From: Dehalococcoidia bacterium
Lineage (GTDB): Bacteria; Chloroflexota; Dehalococcoidia; Lucifugimonadales; VXLM01
Length of the DNA stretch: 64,000 bases
Reading direction: 5' to 3'
Assembly: GCA_963662435.1 (NCBI GenBank)
Contig: OY759598.1
Location: 1,272,507 to 1,336,506, forward strand
Numbering within the stretch: the stretch's first letter is position 1; each line of letters begins with the position of its first letter. Both the position numbers and the translations under genes were made by a program. Shown in pieces: positions 48,325 through 58,438 of the stretch. Below the pieces are notes generated by a model. It was not told the origin of the DNA. It worked only from the letters and a program-made list of their open reading frames with translations, and searched no databases.

Positions 48325-48350
48325 CGTTTGCCCTGAGCCTGTCGAAGGGC
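48325..48350 (+). repeat. CCTGAGCCTGTCGAAGG REP-like element (copy 2 of 3)
   Basis: CGTTTGCCCTGAGCCTGTCGAAGGGC. Confidence 0.8.
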
Positions 48351-48363
48351 GATCCACATCCCA

Positions 48364-49527
48364 CTACCCACCCTTGAACGCGGGCATCACCTCTTCCGAA
48401 AACCGCTGCAACTGCTCTACCACCACGCTCTCCGGCGTACCTACGACTGACCCGACGTTGACCTCCCGCAGACCCGGGTACCGCTCTTGCAGCTCCATCA
48501 GCGACTCGATGACCGCCTCAGGTGGCCCCACCATCCACGAACCCGACTCTGCAGCCTCCTCCAGAGTAGGCAGTCCTGCATTATGAATGCGCGAAGGATC
48601 GCCCGTCGCGGCGATCTGATCGTCCGTTAGTCCGCGCACGAATCCGAGAGGCGCGAACATCTTCATGTTCTCCTCGTAGAAGGGGCGAGCCTCGGCGATG
48701 GCCTGTTCCCTGCTCTCGGCGATGTGGAACACCAGGCCGATGATGAGGTCCTCTCCAAGCTCCGTATCCCGTCCGGCCCGGGCCAGGGCGTCCCGCCACG
48801 CCATCATGGTCCCATCGTGCGCCCCCCCTGCAGCCGCCCCTCCACCGATCATGCCCTTGATTCCGTATCGTGCCATCTTATCGAGAGAGCTCGGATTCGC
48901 GCTGACGATGGGCTGGTAGCACTCGACCGGCCGACTACGCGGAGGCGGAACGAGGGTTATGTTCTCCAGCTCGTAGCCCCGGTACGGAACGGCGGGCGGA
49001 ATGGTGTAGTGCTCGCCCCGGTGCGAGAACGAAGGCTCGTGCAGCGCCTTGAAGATGATCTCCACCTGTTCGTCAAACAGCCTGCGGTTGGCGTCGTTGT
49101 CGAGAAGCGGCGCATCGAACACCTCGACCTCTCGCGTGTGATACCCGCGTCCGATGCCGAAAATTACCCGCCCGTTCGTGAGTTGATCGGCCATGGCGTA
49201 GTCCTCCGCAAGTCGAAGGGGGTGCCACATAGGGGTGATGTTGAACCCACACCCGAACTTGATCCTCTTCGTCAGGTGGCTCAAGTGGACGGCCAGCATC
49301 AGAATGTTCGGTATGCACTCGTGACCTTCTCGCTGGAAGTGATGCTCTGCCAGCCACATGGCGTCGAATCCGCCATCGTCGAGAGTCTTCGCTATTGCCT
49401 CCGCTTTGTCGAAAACGCTTGCCAGCCGCTCGTCCGAGAGCCAGCGGTCGTTGACCGGCAACCCATCGAAGCCAATGTCCTCCAGGTCGACATGTCCGGC
49501 GTACAGGCTCCCGAACTTGGTTATCAT
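48364..49527 (-). CDS. LLM-class (luciferase-like) flavin-dependent oxidoreductase
   Basis: WLAEHHF, HPLRLAED, GIGRGY and FSEEVMPAF. GGAGG RBS before ATG 49527. Confidence 0.9.
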   Translation of the reverse strand: MITKFGSLYAGHVDLEDIGFDGLPVNDRWLSDERLASVFDKAEAIAKTLDDGGFDAMWLAEHHFQREGHECIPNILMLAVHLSHLTKRIKFGCGFNITPMWHPLRLAEDYAMADQLTNGRVIFGIGRGYHTREVEVFDAPLLDNDANRRLFDEQVEIIFKALHEPSFSHRGEHYTIPPAVPYRGYELENITLVPPPRSRPVECYQPIVSANPSSLDKMARYGIKGMIGGGAAAGGAHDGTMMAWRDALARAGRDTELGEDLIIGLVFHIAESREQAIAEARPFYEENMKMFAPLGFVRGLTDDQIAATGDPSRIHNAGLPTLEEAAESGSWMVGPPEAVIESLMELQERYPGLREVNVGSVVGTPESVVVEQLQRFSEEVMPAFKGG

Positions 49528-49658
49528 CGCAACACCTCCATGGAAACGGCATTGTAGGCGCGCAACGCAGGGTGTCACAAGTCCGACACCCGCGTTGCCG
49601 CCGCAACGAGGTCGCGGATATAATCGGCACATTCCGCTACCCTCAACCGAGGGGTTCC

Positions 49659-50327
49659 ATGACCTCCCAAATCACAATCGCCATCGATGGCCCCGTCGCG
49701 TCAGGGAAGACGACTGTGGGCAGAATCGTCGCAAAGAAGCTCGGCTTCAGGTTCCTCGATACCGGCTGGATGTATCGTGCCGTCGCTCACGCCGGGCTTA
49801 GCGCACATCTCAACCTTCACGACCAGAAGGAGATGAGCGGTCTTGCCGAGAGACTGACTATGCGGCTCTTGCAGACGGAATCAGGGGAGCGTCTGCTTAT
49901 CGACGGACGCGATGTCACCGACCTGCTATTCGAACCCCAAGTGGATCAGGGCGCTTCCACGGTTGCCGCCATACCCGGTGTGAGAAGGGCGCTCGTCTAC
50001 CAGCAGCGCGTGATTGCCGAGGACGGCCCGATTGTGATGACCGGACGCGACATAGGAACGGTAGTCCTTCCCGACGCGCCGCTCAAGATCTACCTCGACG
50101 CATCCGCGGAGACGCGGGCGGTGCGACGCTTTGAGGAACGGAAGGATACGCCCCATTCGCCTACGTACGAAGAAGTGCTCGATAGCCTCATTGCCCGTGA
50201 TAGAATGGACTCCGAGCGCAGCGACTCTCCCCTTAAACCTGCCGATGGCGCAGTCACTATCGACACCGACAGCCTCGACGCCTGCGAGACCGCGCGCCGC
50301 ATAATCGACCTCATAGAGGGCGCATGA
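49659..50327 (+). CDS. cmk: Cytidylate kinase
   Basis: IAIDGPVASGKTT, LDTG.MYR, GRDIGTVV and RD..DSER..SPL. Confidence 0.95.
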   Translation: MTSQITIAIDGPVASGKTTVGRIVAKKLGFRFLDTGWMYRAVAHAGLSAHLNLHDQKEMSGLAERLTMRLLQTESGERLLIDGRDVTDLLFEPQVDQGASTVAAIPGVRRALVYQQRVIAEDGPIVMTGRDIGTVVLPDAPLKIYLDASAETRAVRRFEERKDTPHSPTYEEVLDSLIARDRMDSERSDSPLKPADGAVTIDTDSLDACETARRIIDLIEGA

Positions 50328-51025
50328 CCGACCTCCTCAATACTGCCTGTAGCATCACTCAACGCGGGACTCTGCGCCTATTTTCCGATTGGAACGTTCA
50401 CGGTCAGGAGAATGTCCCTCCGATGGGGCCGCTCATAGTCGTCGCAAACCATGTGAGCAATTTCGACCCTCCCCTCATGTCAGCAAGCTTCCCACGCCGC
50501 ATATGGTTCCTGGCAAAGAAGGAACTGTTCAAAGGCCCGGGCAAGTGGTTCTTTACGACCTACGGCGCACATCCCGTGAACCGGTCTGCCACCGATCCGG
50601 CGGCTTACCGATGGGCGCTTGAAAAGCTGGCGAACGACCAGTGTCTGATGATCTTCCCGGAGGGCACACGGAGCCGAACTGGTGCGATGAAGAAGGCCCA
50701 ACCTGGCGTCGTACGCATGGCCATGAAGTCGCAGGCCGCTATTGTGCCCGTGGGCATCACCGGTACGAGTGGCATGAATAATCCACTCCAAGTATTCCAT
50801 CCGACTGGTCGGCTTCGCATCAACATCGGACGGGCCTTTACCCTGCCCCAGATCGAGGGGCGGCCGAATGCCGCCGTACTCAATTCGTTATCGGATATGA
50901 TCATGGAGCGCGTGGCCATGCAGCTCCCACCCGAGTACCAAGGGGTGTATCGAACGGAGGGTGAAGATCCACAGAACGACCCGGTGCAATCCGATTCAGT
51001 GACATCGGATATCCCTCGACCCTAA
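50324..51025 (+). CDS. plsC: 1-acyl-sn-glycerol-3-phosphate acyltransferase
   Basis: NHVSNFD and IFPEGTRS. Confidence 0.9.
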   Translation: MTDLLNTACSITQRGTLRLFSDWNVHGQENVPPMGPLIVVANHVSNFDPPLMSASFPRRIWFLAKKELFKGPGKWFFTTYGAHPVNRSATDPAAYRWALEKLANDQCLMIFPEGTRSRTGAMKKAQPGVVRMAMKSQAAIVPVGITGTSGMNNPLQVFHPTGRLRINIGRAFTLPQIEGRPNAAVLNSLSDMIMERVAMQLPPEYQGVYRTEGEDPQNDPVQSDSVTSDIPRP

Positions 51026-51057
51026 CCCTTCAGAAGATAGGCAACTGAGAGAACTAT

Positions 51058-52902
51058 ATGTGCGGGATTTTCGGCTATACCGGCTCCAGACCGGCGACTC
51101 CCATACTGCTGGACGGGCTTGCCAAGCTCGAATATCGCGGCTATGACAGCGCCGGATTAGCAGTCGTGTCCGACGGACGGGCAATATCCGTCCGTAAGAA
51201 AGAGGGCAAGCTATCAGGGCTTCGGGAATATCTGGACGGACGGAGTCTCCAGGGAGTTGTAGGTATTGGCCATACCCGGTGGGCGACTCACGGAAGACCC
51301 TCAGATGAGAATGCCCACCCTTTAGCAGACCCTGATGGTCAGGTAGCAGTAGTTCACAACGGCATAGTTGAGAATTTCTTGGAGCTGCGGCAGGAACTGG
51401 AAGCTGCCGGCTTCGAATTTACATCACAGACCGATAGTGAATGCATACCGTTTCTTATTTCGCTCCTCCTTCGGGACGGTTACTCCCTGGAGGAAGCCGC
51501 GGCAAAGACGGCAAGCCGCTTGCGTGGGACGAACGCCGTGGTGATCGCGTCGAACATCGAGCCGTCGAAACTCGTGGCGTTCCGGACAGGCAACGCCGGA
51601 GGGATCGTCGTCGGCTACGGCGACGGTGAGACACTGCTCGCGAGCGACCTCCCCGCCCTGCTCGACCACACGCGCAATGTCGTCTATCTCGCCAGCGGTG
51701 AGCTTGTCTCCATCACGCCGGAAAGAGCCGTCTATCAAACACTCGACGGCGCCACGATTGAAAAGCTGCCACTGGCCGTCCCCTATGATGCATTGTCGGT
51801 CGCAAAGGGTGACTACAAGCACTTCATGCACAAGGAAATCCACGAGCAGCCGGAGGCAGCGCTCGATACCATCCGGGGCCGTGTCTCCTTCAACAAGGAG
51901 ACGATTAACCCGGATGAGTTCCCGCTCACTGACGACGAGATCGCAGGGATCGACCGAGTCGTCTTCATCGGCATGGGCACTAGCCTTCACTCCGCGATGG
52001 TCGGACGATTGTGGATGGAGTCGTTGGCCCGCATACCAAGCGAGGTGGACAACTCCTCTGAGTTCCGTTACCGCGAGCCGGTCATCGACGAACGTACGCT
52101 CGTAGTGTCGATCAGCCAGTCGGGCGAAACGGCGGACACCCTCGCGGCGATGGACATCGCCGCCAGGTATGGAGCGAAGCAAGTCACCCTCGTGAACAAT
52201 GCCGGATCTCAGGCTGCGCAGGTTGCCGACGGTACGATCCTCCTCCGTGCCGGACCCGAGATTTGCGTGGCCTCCACAAAGACGTTCATAAGTTCCCTGA
52301 CCTGCCTGCTGATGTTTGCCATGCGAATGGGACTGTCACGAGGAACGCTCCCCCGAGAGCGCGCCTCCAAGCTCATTAGCGAACTGGGCCACCTCCCCCT
52401 GATGCTCGGTGACCTGGTGGCCGACGAATCGCCGTATGTGTCCTTGGCAAACGAGTTCTTCAGCCTATCGGACTTTCTCTTCCTCGGGCGGGGGCTGGCG
52501 TTTCCCCTCGCCATGGAGGGTGCGCTGAAACTCAAGGAGATCAGCTATATTCACGCCGAGGGATACCCCGCGGGCGAGATGAAGCACGGACCCATCTCGC
52601 TAATCGACAAGGACCTGCCGATTGTGGCGCTGAATCCCCAGGGACCTCTTCACGAAAAGATGCTCAATAACATTAGTGAAGCCAGGGCGAGAGGCGGCAG
52701 GATAGTCGCGATAGCCACCGAGGGTGACGATGCCATGCAGGACATGGTCGACTACGTGATCTACATTCCGTCCGCCTCACCGGAGATCACGCCAATGCTG
52801 CTGGCGCCGCCCATGCAGTTGCTCGCCTATCACATCGGCCTGCGCCGTGGGTGCGACATCGACCAGCCGCGAAACCTCGCCAAGACGGTGACGGTGGAAT
52901 AG
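51058..52902 (+). CDS. glmS: Glutamine-fructose-6-phosphate aminotransferase
   Basis: MCGIFG, EYRGYDSAG, HTRWATHG, SQSGETADT and PRNLAKTVTVE. Confidence 0.97.
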   Translation: MCGIFGYTGSRPATPILLDGLAKLEYRGYDSAGLAVVSDGRAISVRKKEGKLSGLREYLDGRSLQGVVGIGHTRWATHGRPSDENAHPLADPDGQVAVVHNGIVENFLELRQELEAAGFEFTSQTDSECIPFLISLLLRDGYSLEEAAAKTASRLRGTNAVVIASNIEPSKLVAFRTGNAGGIVVGYGDGETLLASDLPALLDHTRNVVYLASGELVSITPERAVYQTLDGATIEKLPLAVPYDALSVAKGDYKHFMHKEIHEQPEAALDTIRGRVSFNKETINPDEFPLTDDEIAGIDRVVFIGMGTSLHSAMVGRLWMESLARIPSEVDNSSEFRYREPVIDERTLVVSISQSGETADTLAAMDIAARYGAKQVTLVNNAGSQAAQVADGTILLRAGPEICVASTKTFISSLTCLLMFAMRMGLSRGTLPRERASKLISELGHLPLMLGDLVADESPYVSLANEFFSLSDFLFLGRGLAFPLAMEGALKLKEISYIHAEGYPAGEMKHGPISLIDKDLPIVALNPQGPLHEKMLNNISEARARGGRIVAIATEGDDAMQDMVDYVIYIPSASPEITPMLLAPPMQLLAYHIGLRRGCDIDQPRNLAKTVTVE

Positions 52903-52966
52903 GCCCCCTTCCGCTTGACACTCGATTGTGCTTGGCATAGCCTACCCGCACTTTGAGAGGTGTGCC

Positions 52967-54373
52967 ATGGACGCGGTCAAGCTCACCGACGACCAGATGC
53001 GGACATTCGTCCGCGAAGGCTACGTTATCGTGCGGCCAACCCTGCCCAGGGAATACCACGATGAGATGTTCGCCAAGGTCGATGAGATCTTCCAGGCGGA
53101 GGGCAACCCCGGCAACAACGTCCTCCCTCGAATCCCCGAACTCCAGCAGATTTACGACGATCCCGTGACGCGCGGCGCTCTCGCCAGCATCATGGGCGAC
53201 GACTATTACCTCGAACCGCACCGCTTCGTCCACTTCAACCAGCCCCACAGCAAGGGCCAGACCCTGCACAAGGACTCTTTCACCCGAAGACGGCATCACG
53301 CGCGCTGGTTGGTTACGTTCTACTATCCCCAGGACACGCCGCTGGAAATGGGTCCAACCGGCATTGTGCCGGGCACGCAGTACACCAACGTCATCCCCGA
53401 AGACTCCTACGACCGCGAAATCGGCGCCGCGGGCGATGCGGGACGCGTTGTCATCGCCAACTACGATATTGTTCATCGGGGAATGCCGAACCACACCGAC
53501 CGCAAGCGGTACATGGTCAAGTTCCTCTTCAATCGCATGGGCGAGCCTACCGCCCCAAGCTGGGACAACGACGGCGCCGAGTGGGGTGACGAAGACGGCG
53601 AATACGGCGGACTCTTGTCGCACGCATGGGACTGGTTCCGCGCCGAGTCCAACGGCGGAAGTCGCGGAAACGGCGCATCGGTGAGCGACCTCATCCCCGC
53701 CCTCTCCGGCGACTCCGAGCCTGCCGCACTCGACGCCGCATATCAGTTGAGCGCCATCGGCGAGCCCGCCGTAGGCCCCCTGATCGACACCATGCGTTCC
53801 GGCAGCGCCGACAACTGGTACAACGACAAGGATCGACTCCGCCGCATTCCCGGACAGATGGAGCAGTCTGCAAACGCCAGCTACGCTCTCACCGCCATGG
53901 GAACGCCGGCCGTCCAGGCCCTCGTCGATTCAATGACAACATCAGAGGAATGGAACAAGGCCCTTGCCGCCGAAACACTCGGCGACATCGGACTAGGCGC
54001 CCGTGACGCCGTGCAGCCACTCACCGAAGCAAGCCGCGACATCCACCCTGCCGTGCGTACCCAGGCGGTCGAGGCCCTCGGCCAGGTCGCGCAGGGCACC
54101 TCCGAAGCCGTACCCGCGCTCATAGACGCGCTGTCCGACGAGGATGAGACCGTGAGGAGAAACGCGGCACTCGCGATCGCTAAGCTCGGCCCAACAGCCG
54201 TTGAGGCCGTCGACTCACTTTCCGCCCTGCTGAACGACTCGAACCGCTACGTTCTGGGAAACGCCACGGAGGCCCTGAAGCGCATAGGCACGCCCGAGGC
54301 CACCGAAATTCTCATCGACCACCTGATGACCGCTCGGTGGTGTCCGGTCACTAGGCAGGGAAGCCTCTATTAG
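52967..54373 (+). CDS. PhyH-like Fe(II)/2-oxoglutarate dioxygenase fused to HEAT repeats
   Basis: F.REGY, LHKD, MGPT..VPG and VHRG, followed by C-terminal HEAT/PBS-lyase repeats. Confidence 0.82.
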   Translation: MDAVKLTDDQMRTFVREGYVIVRPTLPREYHDEMFAKVDEIFQAEGNPGNNVLPRIPELQQIYDDPVTRGALASIMGDDYYLEPHRFVHFNQPHSKGQTLHKDSFTRRRHHARWLVTFYYPQDTPLEMGPTGIVPGTQYTNVIPEDSYDREIGAAGDAGRVVIANYDIVHRGMPNHTDRKRYMVKFLFNRMGEPTAPSWDNDGAEWGDEDGEYGGLLSHAWDWFRAESNGGSRGNGASVSDLIPALSGDSEPAALDAAYQLSAIGEPAVGPLIDTMRSGSADNWYNDKDRLRRIPGQMEQSANASYALTAMGTPAVQALVDSMTTSEEWNKALAAETLGDIGLGARDAVQPLTEASRDIHPAVRTQAVEALGQVAQGTSEAVPALIDALSDEDETVRRNAALAIAKLGPTAVEAVDSLSALLNDSNRYVLGNATEALKRIGTPEATEILIDHLMTARWCPVTRQGSLY

Positions 54374-54414
54374 AATCCGAAAACTCGATCCGCAATAAAA
54401 GGGGGAGGCCCCAC

Positions 54415-56406
54415 ATGTACGCACGACCCGTAAATATACCCAACGGCACGACCATCACGGCTACCAAGGTCACAGCACCTCCAGCATGGGCGCTGATGGA
54501 ACGGCAACTCTTCTCCCTGATGGAAGAGTCGGCACGGACCTACACTTCGAAATACGCCGAACGCGGGGGCGCCACCCTGCTGGCCGAAGACCTTGACGAC
54601 CTCTACGAGCAGTTCTACAACTTCGGCCTGTTCTACGCGCTAGGCGGTGCCGACGACATGCTCGACCTGCACCTGCAGCAGTGGAACGCCACGAACCGCA
54701 TCAGCGATCAGGGCTTCAACCACCGTCCAATTCATAACAACCACACCAAGAAGTTCACCCCCGCTCAGCACAACGAGTTCTGGGGCATGAATCACCCCAT
54801 GGAGTGGCACCATCTCGGCGAAGGCCTGATGGCGTGGTACGACATGGGCGTCGCCGACCCGACGATTTCCGAGAACGCACGTCGTTCACGTCGCTTCGCG
54901 GGCATGTATATCGGCGAGGATCCTGAAGCCGACCTCTGGGATGCCAGCAATCGGATCATCCGCTCTCCCTTCCAGTCGAGCCAGGGCCCCATGCTCGAAG
55001 GCGACGTCAACTGGGCGAACACGATGCTCCTCGCGGGCCGCTACCTCGGCGGCGAGGTCAACTACTACGGCGTCCGCGCCAGCCTCTACCCGATCGTCCC
55101 TAACCTCGAAGCCCGGTGGTTCGAGAATCCACAACGCCGCGCCTACATCATCGATCTCTTCAACAAGCTAGTCCTCCAGCGGGACACCCCCAACACACTC
55201 GCTGCAGCGGCCCTCGTCACCGACGCCTACCTCTACACAGGCGACGACAAGTACAAGCAGTGGGTCCTCGACTACCTCGAGGCCTGGATCGACCGCACGA
55301 AGAAGAACGGCGGAATCACGCCTGACAACGTCGACCACGACGGCGTCATCGGCGGCGGGCGCGAGGGCGTGTTCTGGGGCGGACAGTACGGCTGGAACCA
55401 CTACCAGGGCTACAACATCATGTTCCACGGCATCAACACCGCCGTCGAGTGCGCCCTGATGCTCACCGGCGACTACGAGTACCTCGACCTCCTACGCTCG
55501 CAGCTCAAGGTCATCGTCGACGCCGCGAAGATCGAGGACGACGGCCAGCTCATCACGCCAGTTCGATACGGCCCCGAGGGCTGGATTCTTACTCCCCCCG
55601 TCGGACGTGGCATGAACGACGGCATCCCCTCGCGCGGCGTCATGCAGGGCCCCAGCCCCATGCGTGCCCAGGAGATGATGCACCTGTACCACGCCTCGAT
55701 GGAACAGCAGGACTACGAATTCATCACCCACATCCGCGATCAGGACGTTCGCCGCGACTGGAACGAGGTCGGCGAACGCCTCGGTGAGAAGAACTCTGGC
55801 GAGACCGAGTTCTCCCGCTTCCAGTACTACGACGGCAAGAACCCGGACTGGCCCATGAAGATTCTCACCGCCGAGTACAACGAGGCCATAACAAAGTACG
55901 AAGAGATGATGGAGGACGACCGGCTGCCATACGACATCATCACCACGAACCAATTGCCTCAGCATCTCGTCCTAACGAAGGGGTTGACCCAGGTTACGAT
56001 GGGCACCCCACAGGCGACCTACAACGGCGGCCTTATGCGCTCGACCGTACGCTACTTTGACAAGGACCGCGGACGTCCAGGCCTCCCGCCCGACACTGCC
56101 GCCCTCGTCGACGAGCTCCGACCGGACGGCGCGGGCGTCCAGCTCGTCAACACGAACCACGCCGAGACCCGACGCCTGATCGTACAGGCCGGCGCTTTCG
56201 GCGAGCACGACTTCACCGAGGTCGCCTTCCACCGGGAGGGCGACGACAGCGACACCGTCCTGCCGGTTCACGGCAAGGCCTTCGTCGTAGAGCTCCCACC
56301 GTCAACGGCCATCCGACTAAACGCTGGAATGAACCGCTACGTCAACAAGCCCAGCTACGCCTTCCCGTGGCACGGCGAGAGCGTCCCCATCCCCTTCCAC
56401 GAGTAG
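54415..56406 (+). CDS. Uncharacterised ~660-aa protein, paralogue 1
   Basis: Shares PP.WAL, DD.YE, H.GEG, YLYTGD.KYK.WV, PDNV, SRFQYYDGKNPDWP, GAFGEH and PSYAFPWHG with paralogues 2 and 3. Confidence 0.88.
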   Translation: MYARPVNIPNGTTITATKVTAPPAWALMERQLFSLMEESARTYTSKYAERGGATLLAEDLDDLYEQFYNFGLFYALGGADDMLDLHLQQWNATNRISDQGFNHRPIHNNHTKKFTPAQHNEFWGMNHPMEWHHLGEGLMAWYDMGVADPTISENARRSRRFAGMYIGEDPEADLWDASNRIIRSPFQSSQGPMLEGDVNWANTMLLAGRYLGGEVNYYGVRASLYPIVPNLEARWFENPQRRAYIIDLFNKLVLQRDTPNTLAAAALVTDAYLYTGDDKYKQWVLDYLEAWIDRTKKNGGITPDNVDHDGVIGGGREGVFWGGQYGWNHYQGYNIMFHGINTAVECALMLTGDYEYLDLLRSQLKVIVDAAKIEDDGQLITPVRYGPEGWILTPPVGRGMNDGIPSRGVMQGPSPMRAQEMMHLYHASMEQQDYEFITHIRDQDVRRDWNEVGERLGEKNSGETEFSRFQYYDGKNPDWPMKILTAEYNEAITKYEEMMEDDRLPYDIITTNQLPQHLVLTKGLTQVTMGTPQATYNGGLMRSTVRYFDKDRGRPGLPPDTAALVDELRPDGAGVQLVNTNHAETRRLIVQAGAFGEHDFTEVAFHREGDDSDTVLPVHGKAFVVELPPSTAIRLNAGMNRYVNKPSYAFPWHGESVPIPFHE

Positions 56407-56423
56407 CCACCCTATCGACAAGA

Positions 56424-56445
56424 GCGGCCCCACAACCGGGGCCGC
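56424..56445 (+). other. Intergenic hairpin between paralogues 1 and 2
   Basis: GCGGCCCC / GGGGCCGC with no U tract. Confidence 0.45.
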
Positions 56446-56467
56446 CTTCCCATACACGAGGTACCCC

Positions 56468-58432
56468 ATGACTAACATGCCGACAATAACTGCCAGCCAG
56501 GTCTCAACTCCCCCATCGTGGGCGCTGCTCGAGCTGAAGCTCATCGCCCTCATGGAAAAGGGCGCGCACATGATGAGCCGCAAGTACGCCGAGCGCAGCG
56601 GCGCGTGGTACTGGTCCGACGACCTCGACGACTACTACGAGCGCTCCTACAACTGGTGCCTCCTCTACAACATGGGAGGAGATGAAAGTCTCGTCGACCT
56701 CGCTCTGAAACATTGGAACGCGACGACGCGCCTCTTCGATGACCGCGACGGCAACCGCATCAACAACATGGACTACCACCACGGCGCGAACCCTATGCGG
56801 TTGAAGCACAACATTCATAACGAGTACTTCAGCATCGCCCACCCTGGCGACGCCGAGTGGCACCACATGGGCGAGGGCAACATGGCCTTCTACGACCTCG
56901 CCCTCGGAGATCCGACCATCTCCGAGAATGTCCGACGTTCGCGAAGGTTCGCCGACATGTTCCTCGGCGAAGACCCCGAGTCTCCCATCTACGACCCCGT
57001 CCACAAGATCATCCGCTCTCCCATGCACGGCAGCCTTGGGCCATTCCACGACGCCACGCTCGACATGGTGAAGACTTACCTGCATGGAGGGCACTCGACT
57101 TCACCCGGTTGGAAGGCGAAGCCCATGGGCGTGCGCGGTTCTCTCTACCCCGTCGTCAAGGACCTTCAACCCGGCTGGTGGGATGATCCCAGACAGGCAA
57201 GGGATATTGTAAGCATCTTCAATCAAGTTGTTCTCAACGGCGACTCCGCCGCGAACCTCGCCGCGACCGGCCTCGTCACGAACGCCTATCTCTACACCGG
57301 CGACGACAAGTACAAGCAATGGGTCGTCGACTACGTGGAAGCCTGGATGGACCGCATCGAGCAGAACAACGGCATCATCCCCGACAACGTCGGGCCCACC
57401 GGCAAGCCCGGCGAGCACCGCGACGGCGTCTGGTGGGGAACCCTCTACGGCTGGAACAGCTATGTTGGATGGAGCCACATATTCCACTCGCTAGGAGTCG
57501 CAGCCGAGTGCGCCCATCTCGTGACGCAGGACGCCTCCTATCTCGAACTGCTGCGCTCGCAGATTAACGTCCTCCTCGACAACTCGATCACCGACGACAA
57601 CGGCCAGCTTCTCGTCCCCAACCGCGCCACGCCCGACGGGTGGGTACACGCCCACGTTGAGGAGGACAAGTGGGACGCCACCTCGTCGACCAATCTGCGC
57701 CTCTACGAGCTCGCCCACCTCTACCACGCCTCCATGTCGCAGGAGGACTACGATCTCATTCTGCGGGTCCGCGAGGGAGACCACCTGCGCGACTGGAACG
57801 AGGAGAACCTCGGACCGGCCAGGGCCGAGCATGACAGCGAGTACAGCCGCTTCCAGTACTACGATGGCAAGAACCCGGACTGGCCCGAAAAGACCCTCTC
57901 CCTCCAGTACCAGACGGCGCTGGAGAATTACCACACGATGGAGAACGACGATCGTACAGTCCTCGAAATTCTCCGAGACAACCAGGAACCGAGAAACGCC
58001 GTATTCACCAAGATACTCACCCACGTCATGTTCGGCTCGCCCCAGTACTTCTACCACGGCGGCCTGCTCCGCGCGACCGTCCGCTACTTCGACCCCGACC
58101 GCAGGCGTCCCGGCCTCCCGCCCGACGTCGCCGTCCTCGTCGACGAGCTTCGCGCCGATGGCGTCGGAGTCCAGCTCGTCAACACCAACCGCAACGAGTC
58201 CCGCCGCGTAGTCATCCAGTCGGGCGCCTTCGGCGAGCACACCTTCACCACCGTGACCACAAGCACCGGCGACGGCCTTCAGGCCACCGAGGTGAACGGC
58301 AAGTACTTCACCGTCGACCTGCCTCCGGCCACATCCATCAGGCTCGACGCAGGCCTGGACCGTTTCTCCAACAAGCCCAGCTACGCCTTCCCCTGGCACG
58401 GAGACGCCATTCCGGTGCCCTTCCAGTATTAG
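56468..58432 (+). CDS. Uncharacterised ~655-aa protein, paralogue 2
   Basis: Same motif series; GAGG RBS. Confidence 0.88.
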   Translation: MTNMPTITASQVSTPPSWALLELKLIALMEKGAHMMSRKYAERSGAWYWSDDLDDYYERSYNWCLLYNMGGDESLVDLALKHWNATTRLFDDRDGNRINNMDYHHGANPMRLKHNIHNEYFSIAHPGDAEWHHMGEGNMAFYDLALGDPTISENVRRSRRFADMFLGEDPESPIYDPVHKIIRSPMHGSLGPFHDATLDMVKTYLHGGHSTSPGWKAKPMGVRGSLYPVVKDLQPGWWDDPRQARDIVSIFNQVVLNGDSAANLAATGLVTNAYLYTGDDKYKQWVVDYVEAWMDRIEQNNGIIPDNVGPTGKPGEHRDGVWWGTLYGWNSYVGWSHIFHSLGVAAECAHLVTQDASYLELLRSQINVLLDNSITDDNGQLLVPNRATPDGWVHAHVEEDKWDATSSTNLRLYELAHLYHASMSQEDYDLILRVREGDHLRDWNEENLGPARAEHDSEYSRFQYYDGKNPDWPEKTLSLQYQTALENYHTMENDDRTVLEILRDNQEPRNAVFTKILTHVMFGSPQYFYHGGLLRATVRYFDPDRRRPGLPPDVAVLVDELRADGVGVQLVNTNRNESRRVVIQSGAFGEHTFTTVTTSTGDGLQATEVNGKYFTVDLPPATSIRLDAGLDRFSNKPSYAFPWHGDAIPVPFQY

Positions 58433-58438
58433 TATGCC

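Noticed and set aside
51026..51057. glmS ribozyme
   Set aside because: Only 32 bp separate plsC and glmS, too short for the ribozyme.
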